DNA of 63,733 nt, filler included, from Octopus bimaculoides (lineage: Eukaryota), in the NCBI RefSeq assembly GCF_001194135.2. It is 7 parts of 7 records of this genome, joined end to end, with 100 filler letters (N's around TTAATTAATTAA, not from the genome) between each part and the next. Parts side by side here need not be neighbours in the genome. Positions count along the whole stretch, not along the records: positions 1 to 30,840 come from NC_068982.1; 6 more parts are not named here. The stretch is one strand, 5' to 3'. A model generated the notes under the pieces. The model ran no database searches and was not told the DNA's origin. It saw nothing but the letters and a program-made list of their open reading frames with translations. Positions 1 through 12,555 of the stretch are shown here, piece after piece (within the stretch, counting starts at the first letter, position 1; every line of letters starts with the position of its first letter). A program made the position numbers and the translations under genes.

Positions 1-37
<37 letters not shown>

Positions 38-335
38 GAGCTATATACACAAACATTGGAAGACCTAAATATGTACCCATAGATGCATGCATACACACTG
101 TAACATGCATACATATACACACATAAACATATATACATGTATATCCATATACATACACACACATTTGCACGTAAACATGTATACATATACACATATACAT
201 ATACACACAACCATTAGAAGACCTAAATATGTACGCATAGATGCATACATACACACTATTACATCTACGCATATATACATCTAAACGTATACACGCATAT
301 ACTTATAAACATGTATATGCATATACATACATACA

Positions 336-381
<46 letters not shown>

Positions 382-560
382 CATGCTTGTATATGCACAA
401 ACATTCGCAGGCTTAAGTCACAAAATGCATACGCATACCTATAGTCACATTCACAAGTATATATACACATGTACGTACACACATGTTTACGCACACACGT
501 ACACACACACACACACGTACACTCGTACACACACCTACAAATACGCCACGTACTGTTATC
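1..560. repeat. (AT)n/(AC)n/(TACA)n compound microsatellite
   Basis: Directly visible di- and tetranucleotide arrays. Confidence 0.95.
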
Positions 561-669
561 TACCATGAACAGATATATGTGTGTCATATCTGGTGGGTTG
601 CTTTACGTCGAAGCATTTTTTCTTTTCCCTGATAGAAGAGAGTAAAGATAAGTAGCTGTGGTTGGGATA

Positions 670-792
670 GAGGATTGATGGTGTTGTTGTTGTTGATGAT
701 GATGATGATGATGATGATGATGACGTCGGTGATGGTAGTGGGGTAGGTGGACGTGGTGATGATGACGACGACGATGACGACGACGACGATGA

Positions 793-826
<34 letters not shown>

Positions 827-902
827 GGTGGTGGCGGTAGAGGTGGTGACAATGGTTATAACGATGATGATGATGCCAATGCTGATAGTGGTGGTGAGGA
901 TA

Positions 903-974
<72 letters not shown>

Positions 975-1435
975 TGAGATGGATGATGATGACAGCTGCA
1001 GCTGCTGACGGTATTGATGATGATGGTGCTAATGATGACGATGATGACGATGATAATAATAATGATGTTGATGATGATAATGATGGGAGTGCTTATGGTT
1101 GTGTATGGTGGTGTACGTTGGTATTGTTTCTTGGTATGTCACTTGTAGAGATGAGGATCAGGAGGGGATGATGACTAGTGGTAGTAGTATTAATGGTAGT
1201 GGTGGTCCTCCTCCTCCTCCTGTTGTTGTTGTTGGTGGTGGTGGTCGCGGCGGCGGCGATAGATATAAGAATGCTGATGGCAATGGTTGAAGCCATAGTG
1301 GCTAAGATGGTGATCCGTGTAGCTTCAGAAGTGAAATTGGTGTCGGCAGTGCTTTTGCTGTTGTTGTTGTTGTTGGTGGTGGTGGTAGTGAAGGTGATGA
1401 TGGCGATGGTGATGGTGATGGAAAGAGAGCGATAG
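670..1435. repeat. (GAT)n/(GGT)n/(GTT)n compound trinucleotide tract
   Basis: Directly visible; source of the poly-M/S/V/D ORFs. Confidence 0.95.
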
Positions 1436-2008
1436 CGACTATATGTCTGTGAGCGTATACATGAGTGTGTGCATCTATGCCAAAGTGTGTGTCTGTGTGT
1501 AGATGTACCTAAAAACCCGAAGCTGACAGAAGAAACCAAGAATATATTAATTACGAACTTTCAACACCCAGTATTTCACAGCCTAACAAACCGCACTGAT
1601 TAGTGAAAGAAAATTATAATTAGGTCTAATTTAACTTTTTTAGCTGCGGTAAGCAGTCAACGTAAATTGTTGTCTTCAATTTTTACATCTATTAAGTTTC
1701 TAAGCATTAATTCCGGAAGACTGACTAATTAAGGTTCTACCAACATCCACATGCTTTCAAAAATCCAAGACGAATTTTTGGTTCAAGTTTATCAAAGACA
1801 TATTATCTTTAAGAATCAACAATATCAGAAATTATGAGATCCTTTGGAAGGTATCCGAACACACGAACAGTCGTGGTTGTGATTGTTGTTATCTACATTT
1901 CATGGAAAGCGAAAATGTTACTTGATGGGTACACCATCTTGAATACTCATAAAGCCCGATAGCGTACTTTTGCTTGCTATAAATATGACAGAAAAGGTTT
2001 CTTTCAAG

Positions 2009-2140
2009 TAGGCGAGGTAGCAGAAACGTTAGCACGCCGGGCGAAATGCCTAGTGGTACTTTGTCTGCCGTTGCGTTCTGAGTTCAAATTCCGCAAAGGT
2101 CGACTTTGCCTTTCATCCTTTCGGGGTCGATAAATAAAGT
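2009..2140 (+). mobile_element. tRNA-derived SINE, family A (ggcgagctggcagaaacgttagcacgccgggcg...gttcaaattccgccgaggtcgactttgcctttcatcctttcggggtcgataa)
   Basis: Near-identical to copies at 33508 and 50438; B-box-like GTTCAAAT. Confidence 0.85.
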
Positions 2141-2304
2141 ATGTTTATCCCCTTGTGGGTAATAAAGAAATAAGAAAAGTTTCTTTTCTTATCATATCTT
2201 CAGTGAAATGCCGTCAGAAGTCAAAATTTTGGGTGTCTTACAAGGTGCATTCCAAACGTTTTGAGACTTTTAGAGAAGAGACATTTATTAATTTCAAACA
2301 AGTA

Positions 2305-2503
2305 GGCGCAGGAGTGGGTATACGCGCAGGAGTGGGTATACGCGCAGGAGTGGCTGCGTGGTATGTAGCTTGCTTGTCAACCACATAGTTCCGGGTTCAG
2401 CCCCACTGTATGGCACCTTGGGCAAGTGTCTTCTACTATAGACTCGGGCCAACCGAAGCCTTGTGAGTGGATTTGGCAGACGAAAACTGAAATAATCCCG
2501 TCG

Positions 2504-2552
<49 letters not shown>

Positions 2553-2720
2553 GTGTGTACGTGTGTGTGTGTGTGTGTGTGTGTGTCTGTGTCTGTCACC
2601 ACACCATCGCTTGACAATCGATGTTGGTGCGTTTACATCCCCGTAGCTTAGCAGTTCAGTACAAGAGACTGATAGAATAAGTACTAGGCTTACAAAGAAT
2701 AAGTCCTGGGATTGATTTGT
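2305..2720 (+). mobile_element. tRNA-derived SINE, family B: head, internal (TG)n, 3' module (truncated)
   Basis: A-box-like TGGCTGCGTGG and B-box-like GGTTCAGCCCC; many sibling copies in the window. Confidence 0.85.
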
Positions 2721-3165
2721 TCCGAAGTAAGTTCCTTTGACTTCAATGCACTTGTAGCGCTCCGGCCACTTCGTGAAGGCCTCATGGAGTCGTCCAAAAT
2801 GAATGTTTCCAAGATCTGTGTTACAGCCTCCATCTTGTCAATGTCTTCAAAACGACTGCCCCTGAGGTTCTCCATCAGCTTAGAGAACAAGCAAAAGTCA
2901 AAGGCAGCAAGCCCTGGACTATAGGGAGATTGAAGGATAGTTTTGATGTCCATCTCTGTCAAGTTGCGGGTGACCAGGATGGAATTGTGACGAGCAGGGT
3001 TTAGTAGAGTGCATTCGAAGTGCTGTTTCGGCTGTTTCCTTCAATCTGGAATAACAAAACTCGGCAAGTAGCTTATTTGATTTATAGTGATTTTATGCTA
3101 AAATTACTATTAATCTAAGATAGTTATGACTAAAGAAGTTTCAAAAATTTCAGGAATGCACCTCC
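2721..3165 (-). mobile_element. Internally deleted mariner (DD34D-type) transposon remnant
   Basis: Minus strand encodes PYSPGLAAFDFCLFSKLMENLRGSRFEDI and, after a frameshift, KCIEVKGTYF (mariner C-terminus); TIR-like end followed by TA at 3166-3167. Confidence 0.85.
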
Positions 3166-4072
3166 TAATTCAAAATACTTAGCGAGTGAACATCATGAAG
3201 TTCCAACCAAATTAAGGTTTTCCATTGTTAACGCGGATCGCATTGTCACCACTTTGTATTTCATATATAAAATTGCTTCATCTATGTTCGTTGGTGCTTC
3301 AGAATTGATAAAACCTGAAGCTCCGTTAATTTCTTTTTTTTAAAGTTCACTTTCATAAGAATTTCATGCTATTCTACTTTAATGAATGAAGTTTTTTTTT
3401 TTCTTCTCTAGAATGTGCGAGTCTGTGGATGTGTGTATGGCTGTGCGCATGGGTGTTATATAAACTTAATTTCTGTTTCGTATAAAATTGCATAGTTTAT
3501 ACTCGCAGAGATTTTGAAAAAACGTAAAATTTCTCTTATATTTCTCTGTAGTTTCTTCCATTCTAACACTGGTATTCCAGAATCCGTACACAGAAATCTT
3601 CAACCGGATTTGATCGAAGTTGGTGCGACGTGTGACATTACCAATGCTTTGTCTGCTGCTTTGAAATCCATACCAAAGTTACCCTACTATGTTTGAATTT
3701 TGATATTAACTTGTAGACATAGAATGCAAATTTTGATCTCACCCCATTGACATCTTACATCGGCTTATCTTGGATTATACTTCAACAACTATGGCAATAT
3801 TTCGATGAAGATTGCTGTTTGCAGATTGCAGATTACTGGAGGCGAAACTCTGATAAGAAAATAATCTACTAGCATTAAAAATGTTCATTCGTGCACGCGA
3901 GTGCTTGCGTATGTAGACACTCAAAACATTTGCTAGAAGTTACATGCATTTTTCAATTTAACTCGGTTTCATATGATTCTGCTGAAAGTATCTGATGAGA
4001 TGGACGTGTCCAACGCGCTCACGAAACCGAAATTCATGTGGAATTGAGTTAGACTACCTTTTAAAAAATGCA

Positions 4073-4134
<62 letters not shown>

Positions 4135-4139
<5 letters not shown>

Positions 4140-4345
4140 CTTTGTGTCTATGTTTGTCCCCACAACCACCACCACCACCACTTCACAACCGGTGCTGGTG
4201 CGTTTACGTCCCTGTAACTAAGCAATTCGGCAAAAACGACCGATAGAATAAGCTACGTACTTTAAAAAAATAGTATATTCAATAAAAACATTTTCAAGGC
4301 TTTATCCCAGTATGGCCGCAGTCTAATGACTAAAACAAATAAAAT
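4135..4345 (+). mobile_element. SINE family B 3' module following (TG)n
   Basis: cacaaccggtgctggtgcgtttacgtccctgtaact...gaccgatagaataag...tatggccgcagtctaatgactaaaacaa. Confidence 0.8.
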
Positions 4346-6181
4346 GTAAATAAAAGATAAAAGATATGCAAAAAATAAAACAAAGAAACGTTATAAGAGC
4401 ATAAAAGAAAAAAAGGTTTGGAAAACTAAGGCCAAATTAATAGCTAATATATGGTTTCACTACACATGAGTTACAGCCTAAAGACAGGTCCACGCCATGA
4501 TGTATGACGTCAGAAGTAATCGTATGAGATCAGACGCGAAGGGAAGACTTTAAAGTTCTCAGCGTGTCTAGACATGTTTTGTTTCTCTCAATTGCAATCA
4601 CTGGCTGTAAAAGTATTGGGTCAAAATGAAGGTTTGCTGTTAATCCGGCAAGTTGAAACAACATACTAAGCCGATGTAGTCTCTGCCCAGGTAAGACAAA
4701 CATGTAACTGTCTTGAAACATCTTCAATATTTAAGTGAAGAGTGTGAAGACGATCTACTGGCTTGTGGAGGAGTGGTCGGATCCAAACACAGACGGGAAA
4801 TTATTGAACAAGAAGAAAAAAAATTATAGACGAATAATAAAAAGCTAAAAAGAACAAAAACAAAATGAAGAATGTAAAAAGAAAAAAAAGGAGAAAATTA
4901 TCTGAAGAGAAAATAGACTTCAAAATCGGAATGATTTCAAATTTAGTAAATGAGGAATGAAGGAACATTACAAGGACATAACAAATTGCGCTATCATACA
5001 AACACACACATACACATTATTAAATAAATAAATAAATATATGTATATTCATATATATATAGATAGATAGATAGATATACATATATATATATATATATATG
5101 AATATATGTGTGTGTNNNNNNNNNNNNNNNNNNNNNNNNNNNNNNNNNNNNNNNNNNNNNNNNNNNNNNNNNNNNNNNNNNNNNNTATATATAAGTGAAT
5201 ATATACACACACACACATACAGATGCAGAGACGCAGAGGCACATGCACACACGAACACACACAGATGCACAAACACACACACATACACACACGCACACAC
5301 ACGAACACACACGTACGTAAATAAAAAGCAGACCAAAAGACAAAAGATTTCAGTTGCCAAGTGTGTACTCCCTTAGCGATAAAACGTAAAGAATTTTTGC
5401 CAATAACAATAGAAAAATTGCAACAACAATAACACCATCAAAGTAATAGCAACAACAACAGCAGCAGCGGCAGCAGCAAAAACAACAATAATAAAAGTGT
5501 TTACTGTTTTCCTATTACTGCTACTGACCTATATATTTCTAAAATATAAACCGCAGTGATAACTGGTTTAATGCACTTGCTACTGCCAAAGTGAGAAATA
5601 TCTGGTCTTTATTGAAATCAGTTTGGTTGCCAAAGCAAAGAAATGTCTTCTAGCTGTGACTATTTCAAATTAGGGCTTCTCAAAATGATTTCTCATTTCT
5701 CTCTGATATTTTTGTTAATCAAGGTTTATTTTAAAATTGTTTGTAGATCGGCAAATGACAGAAGTTCGAGAATGACAAAGAACCATGTTTGTAGATTCAC
5801 TGGCGGTTGTAGGATATCTTTTAAATAACCGATGCTAGTGTTTACTCATTAATAATTGTATATAATACAGCACAATGGCAGAAATTTTAGAGGGGAAGGG
5901 AGTAATCAATGTCTTTGACTGCAGTATTTGAGTGATATTTTGTTTTATCAATCTCTGAAGAATGTAATGCGAAGTTGGCCTCTGCTTGATTTTATCGCAG
6001 AACGTTGTTTATTCATAAATGATAGTTTTTAAAAAGACACAAAAGAATGGCAGAATACTAAAATAAGTAAATGCAAGAAATTTTAATGATCTACAGGTCG
6101 AATCCTACTTTGTTCAACTTTACTTCTCTCCTGTCTCAAATGCAATGGTTTTTGCTTTATACACACACACACACTCATATA

Positions 6182-6223
<42 letters not shown>

Positions 6224-6489
6224 TCTTTGTGTCGAAATCGACCTCAGTAACTGATTGGTACTTCATTTCATCGGTCCAAGAGGGAAGGATCGCAAAACTG
6301 AAGCTTTTACTCACAATATAAAGAGCTGCTGCAAAAGTTGTAAGGCAATTGTTTCGACGCTCTAATGATTCTGCCAATCCAAAGCCCTCTGAAATCAAAT
6401 TTAATGACCACCAGGTATGAGTCGGTGTCGGTTAGACATTACACTTCCTGCTCAAAATTGTAATATGTGATTATTTCTTTATCCTTAGT

Positions 6490-6660
6490 AGGTGCAGTAT
6501 GGCCGAATGGTTAACATATTCATTTCGCAATCACCAGATCCTGGGTTCGATTTTTAGTCCGTGGCATCTTCTGCATATGTCATTATCTGTTGTCTCCGTC
6601 AACCCATAGCCAGTGAGTGAAATTGAAAATTGTACTGAAACCTGTCGAAAGGATTGTACC
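6490..6660 (+). mobile_element. Degenerate tRNA-derived SINE head
   Basis: tggccgaatggttaa (A-box-like) and gggttcgatt (B-box-like); no intact cloverleaf or acceptor stem. Confidence 0.55.
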
Positions 6661-7567
6661 TCTAATTCATACACTTACTTTGTCAGGCTTGAAGAAATTC
6701 AGTTCAACGAATAACTGAGTCCTCATCGCCGAACGTCAGAGAGCCACCATTATTTCTCTTTAAGAGTTTATTATTTGCATTTTGAAAAACAAAACATGAT
6801 AGAAATATCACACCCTATTGCATTAAGCAAGAATAGGCCGCATTACATAGTATAAGCTTAAATATATTGGTTTCAAATTTTAGCACAACGCCAGCAAGTT
6901 CGTGATGTGTCATTTCAATAACCTTTGGCGGGAAAGTCTACATGAATTCAATCCGTATATAAGAAACAATACAAACGTCAAATATATTCGATTTTATTCT
7001 TGAAAATGAAACTGTGAAGGCCTAAAATCTTCGGATATGAATTTAGAAACTTTACTGTTACAAACCAAATATATAATACTAGAAATAATATATGAAAAAT
7101 ATGAAAGAAAAGCAGATAAAAATTCAACATAGTCGTATATTTAATAGTACATGCATGCACGCACGTGTGTGTGCCTCTTATTATTGAAATAATATTTCTT
7201 ATATATCTTTATACATATGCATGCATATCTGGTGTATATATACATATATAAAGATATGTGTTTGTGTATGTAAGTATGTATGTATATATAAATACATCTA
7301 TATACTTATAGATATATATATACATACATACGTATATATATATGTGCTTTCTGTCTTCGTCTTTATGTTTTCATTTCTCATTGTGTTTAACGTTTTTTGT
7401 GATGTCCTGTACCCATAAATGCATGTATGTATATATATAGATGCAAGTATGTACATATATGTATGGATATATGCATATAATTATATATTATTTATGTTAT
7501 TATATGATCGAACGCCACGCACTGCCTCCAAGTAAGTTTTATCTATCTATCTATCTATCTATCTATC

Positions 7568-7606
<39 letters not shown>

Positions 7607-7750
7607 GCATACATACGTAGGCGTGTGTTTGTATGTATATTTTGCATACTTATGTGTGTTCTTGTTGATGTCTATGACTTTGTTTGTGAATATGAAGCTG
7701 TCTGTGTTACACACTCGCATTTGTGCTTGTGTGTGTGTGTGTGTGTGCAA

Positions 7751-8699
7751 GCGCGCGCGTGTTGCTATAAATTTAAACTTCCGGTAGATAAATCCCGGAA
7801 GTATATGTAACGTAACCCAAATATCTGAATTTGATAACTCGGGTTAATGTTTAATTCTAAACGCATTCATGTCGTCTTGACTTTTCATATATTCAATCAT
7901 GGATACCATAATTGAATATATGTACAAGTTATACACAGCGGATTAAAACAGTTTAGCTAACTGACTGGGTATGCTGTAAGTTCAAATCTAGTGTCAGGGA
8001 GTGGTTATGTTTCTGGGCAGCACACCATATTCTGCCTGCCCTAATTCATTTATATGTCAGTCGTCATCAGAAAATATTGTTTGTTAAGGGTACTTCGAAA
8101 GATTAATTTGTGCAAAAGATTAATTTGAAGACGGGAAGATCCTCCTAAATTCCTTTTTATTATAGTTCTGCTCGATTGTCTCCAACCAAACCACAATATT
8201 GCCACAACTCAATGATCAACTGAACCTCAACAGTGGGCAGTCAGTAATACCCGAGGGGCTTTACTTCACAGCTAGGGAAGTAAAATTACGTAGAATTCTG
8301 TATTGAATGTTGAGAGAGGAAATTAGTCTTTGCGCAAATTAATCTTTACCTTATTTGGAATTACTATCCACTGACATTTCCTGATGAATTAGGGTATGTA
8401 AAATATGGTGTCCTGCCCAGAAATATAACCAATCACCGGCGCAAGACTTGAACTCACAATTCCTAAGTTGTTAGTCCAATAACTTGCCCAAGCAGTGAGC
8501 TATATTACTTCAGTCCGTAGTATTACTACTTGTACAGATTTATATCATATTATTGAATATGTGAAAGTCAACTCGACATGAATGCAGTTTGAATTAAGCT
8601 TCAACCCAAGTCATCAAGTTCGTATATGAGGGTTACGTTACACACACTTCCGGAATTTATTTTCCGGAAGTTTGTATTTACAGCAACACACGCGCGCGC
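7751..8699. repeat. Long degenerate inverted repeat (fold-back element); arms ~7751-8127 and ~8321-8699
   Basis: The right arm is the reverse complement of the left along ~380 bp (e.g. ctgggcagcacaccatatt / aatatggtgtcctgcccag; gcattcatgtcg / cgacatgaatgc). Confidence 0.9.
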
Positions 8700-8719
8700 T
8701 CACGCATCCGTATTTGTCA

Positions 8720-9720
8720 ATAATTTACCATCACATTCAAAAACAGGCTAGAAACATCGCTAGCAGAAATTGAAAAAACAAATTCCACAGATACATCATA
8801 CAATAATTTTGTCATTTTTCATCGAGAAGTTACAGAATGTCTTCTCATCAGGATTCACTGAAACGCACAGTCACGTGACAGTTTGAAACAATTATTAAGA
8901 AGCACAATCTAATGAAGAGTGCCACCAGTTTAATGTCAACCAAACTTTCCAAAATGAATATCACAAAATTCAAAACCATCTCAACAAGATCTCACTTCCA
9001 TTTGTAAAAGAGAACAACAAAAATATCTGGAAAAAAAAATGAATGTATTTGCGTATCCAACCCCAAACAATCCACTTTAACAGGGTTAATGGCCAATGAA
9101 ATTAGTGAGAAGAAATGTACAAATAAATTGAGACTAAATGCCTGCAGAAATGACTGAAGGAGAGGAAAGAACATTTCCAGAATCACTCTTGTTAATCACC
9201 AGATTTAGATAGAGCTATAAAAACAGCTTGGCATTAAAGTTGGTGATATTACATTGAGATTTTATGTGAACTCACTGAAGTAGAGATAGGACCAAAAAAG
9301 CTGACTTGATAATATTCTACCAAATATCTGAGAAACAAAGATTCAAAGATATGCTGCTTCAAATTTCGCTATACAGTTTATAACGAACACCCGATTGAGA
9401 GATCGATTGAAGCTCTTATTCCTTCACTCCTCAACGAAGATAATTTAGGCCTGGCTACAGATTACAGTGGTGTTGGCCTTACTGTGATAAGCAGGTCTGA
9501 GAAAAATCGGTCTGCTGTTGGACAGATCTTAGCAGACTGAAGGAAAGATCTTTCTGTTTGTAAACTTTGCAAAAGCTTTCTGTTCTGTCCATTGTATGTA
9601 ATCACAGTAATAATGCTCTTTCAGGACACAAATGATAATATTCGGTTACTTGACGGAGGCACCGATTTCTTTCATTAATGCAGGTGTTTTTGCGATGCGA
9701 TGACAGCTATTTCTTGAACT
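8720..9720 (+). mobile_element. Degenerate RTE/RTEX-like LINE, reverse transcriptase region
   Basis: Frameshifted motifs KEHFQN, VYNEHPIER, LGLATDYSGVGLT, KNRSAVGQIL, LFVNFAKAFCSVH, DGGTDFFH, AGV. Confidence 0.8.
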
Positions 9721-10451
9721 GTAGGATTCCACACTAAACATTGAATCGAATTATTCCAGATCTGCCATGCTGAATGGCTTCTGGCCACGTTGTTTCTGTT
9801 AGCATCAACCTTGGCACCAATCACACGGATCTCGTCTTTCTAGGAGAAATATAAACGACATTGGCATTATCTCTCTTGCTCCGGTTTAATATTCAAGAGA
9901 CAGTCCAGAGCAATTTGATAAAAAGCAAAATTTATGATACAGGGCATACATATAGAAAATACCATCAGCATCAATATTAAAGTAAGAATCTAAACCGAAA
10001 ACTATAAGAATTAAACGTTGCAATAATAATCTGAAGAAGTCAAAGTCTGATGCGAAACCAACAATTCCAACATAGAATATTTTGATGATAATATCGTTAG
10101 ACTGTATAAAGGCTAATAACCTCACAAGCCTAGGAATGTGTCAACGGGATAATATTTGGAACGGGAGAAAATTAAGAATGGTCGGCAGAATTAGTGAAAT
10201 AATCTCACTGCATTGCTTTCCTTAGTTACTTGTCTGCAACTGGAGTAACATTATCCTTATCATCATTATCATCATTATCATCATCATATACATTATTCCT
10301 CTCTCCCCTCCCTATCTCTTTCCCTGTCCCCTTCCACAGGCAAAGAACACGTGAAATAATCCTTTAACTCTCGTGGCTACCGAACTTGGAAAACTCTTTT
10401 AAGAATACTTTTGCACACATATATACACATGCACATACACTCAAGCATGTG

Positions 10452-10501
<50 letters not shown>

Positions 10502-10544
10502 NNNNNNNNNNNNNNNNNNNNNNNNNNNNNNNNNNNNNNNNNNN

Positions 10545-10618
<74 letters not shown>

Positions 10619-10699
10619 TAAATGCATACAAGTAAATATGTGTGGTAAGGTGTATATGTGTATATGTATGCATGTATATATATATTTATATTCTTTTAT

Positions 10700-10858
10700 T
10701 CCTTTACTTGAGTTATTTGACTGCTGCCATGCCGGAGCACCGCCTTTAGTTAAACAAATCGACCCCAGGACTTATTCTCTGTAAGCCTAGTACTTATTCT
10801 ATCAACCTCTTTTGCCGATCTGCTAAGGTACGGGGACATAAACACACCAGCATCGGGG
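10700..10858 (-). mobile_element. SINE family B 3' module
   Basis: Reverse complement of the family B tail (gccatgccggagcaccgcctttag...cgaccccaggacttattc). Confidence 0.85.
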
Positions 10859-11457
10859 ACGCAAACACTCCGACTGCCATACTTTCCTAAGCCTGGTGTA
10901 ATATTCTCGGGTCACTCTATCTTTATTCGCAGTGCCCTCATATGATACATATTCGTCTATGTCTAGGTACATGTAGCATTCTTTGTGTGGAATGGGGGGC
11001 GGGGGGTAGAGAGACCGTTGACACGCAGGTTTTGGGCTTGGGGCTGACTAACTTTTCCCGTTCTATAATCAAATATGAACATTTCTTTTGGCCAAATTCC
11101 ATTCCTATATCAGCTGAAAATGTTATTAATTTCAGTTGTTTTTTGGCATTGTTAACACTTTTAGCATAAACCTTCAGGTCGTCTACAAAGAAATTTACGT
11201 TGATACTTATATTGAGTTACATTGATATTTCTAGCAGTCGATGATCCTAGCATGTAAACATTTGTTTTCTGCCGTGGGAACGATAATGGATTCAGTGCCA
11301 AAATGAAAAGGTGTAGGTTTGTATGTATATAACACAAGGACAAGTGAAAAATTATTCGCTCTTTCACCAGAACTTTCTTTAAGTTGGCCGCGCACTTCCT
11401 TTAGCGCTCATGTGCTAAAAGGTGGTACTTTTGTGGTTACCTAACCGACGTTTGACA

Positions 11458-12550
11458 TTGATCGCTCCAGTGAGCGCCAAGGAAGAAGAGAGATTAGTAG
11501 TCTGACTTCTCTGGTATGAAGCTATGTCAAGGGATGAAATTCATCGCAGGCTTTCAGTACATACGGGAACCGCGCTCTATCGAGGAGATGTAGTTATAAG
11601 TGGATCGGGAAGTTTTAAAAAAATTAACTGGACAAGCGTGGAGTACGAATAAAGAGTAGTACGCTCATCAACCTATACTACTGACGTGATGATTCAACAA
11701 ACTGAAATGATTGTTCTGATGCATTGTCGAATTACCAGTCATGAGGTAACATGTCACCTGCAAATCAGTCATGATTTTACATACGAAATCATCCTCTCGA
11801 CAAGCTTCGCTTCTGTAAAATCGGTGCCAGATGCGTTCCAAGAGAACTTAACGAAACGCATAGGCGCAATCGCGAGAGAATCCGTTAACACTTACTCGAT
11901 GATGAAGGCGAAGTATTTAGGTAAGAATATTCATAGGAAATGAGACCTGTATCTTTCACGTTGGGTCAGAATCCAGAAGGTAGAGAATGGAATAGAGACT
12001 CCTGGAATCACCGGCGTAAAAAACAATCAAGACTCAGCCTTCCGTAGAAAAAGTGATGCTAACCGTTTTGGGTGATGCAGAAAAGGCTTATACTGGAACA
12101 TTACCTGGAAAAGTGGTCAACAGTCACCAGTGTAGACTACAGTGAAACGCTGGCCAACAAACTGAAACTAGCAACTTGCACCAAAAGCCGAGGTTTATTG
12201 TCAAAGCAAGTGTTATTTTTATACGACAATGCATGCCTACATACGGTTGCCCACACCGTTGAAACCATTGACAAAATTGTTTCGAGTTGCAGGAACTCCC
12301 TGCATAAATTTCAGATCTCGCCCCATCCAACTATCACCTTTTTGGACCAATGAAACATCCTTTACGCGGTTATCGCTTTGCAATCGACAAAGAAGTGCAG
12401 GAAGCTGTGCATAAATGCAACAAGATTTTAAAGTATCTTGGTCAAATGAAAGAGAATCTTGGAAAAAAAGACATGTTATGAACAACATAGAATACTTATT
12501 GTCAGTAATTTTGATAAAAGAAGTCATTATTAAAGTCACTATCTTTAGGT
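11458..12550 (+). mobile_element. Near full-length mariner transposase pseudogene (DD34D)
   Basis: With frameshifts: APVSAKEE, EIHRRLS, CVPRELNE, IGNET, QPSVEKVMLTV, LFLYDNACLHTVAHTVET, DLAPSNYHLFGPMK, GYRF..DKEVQEAVHK; first and third catalytic D appear as N. Confidence 0.92.
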
Positions 12551-12555
12551 TGTCA

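Noticed and set aside
57-256. ~45-bp direct duplication (gaagacctaaatatgtac..atagatgcat)
   Set aside because: A short local duplication inside microsatellite DNA; no sign of function
4530-4727. ORF and a CAG|GTAAGA donor near 4690
   Set aside because: No matching acceptor with a sustained open frame; peptide unrecognised
6490-6560. Possible tRNA gene
   Set aside because: Only A/B-box remnants without an acceptor stem; best read as a SINE head. No intact tRNA or rRNA gene was seen in the window
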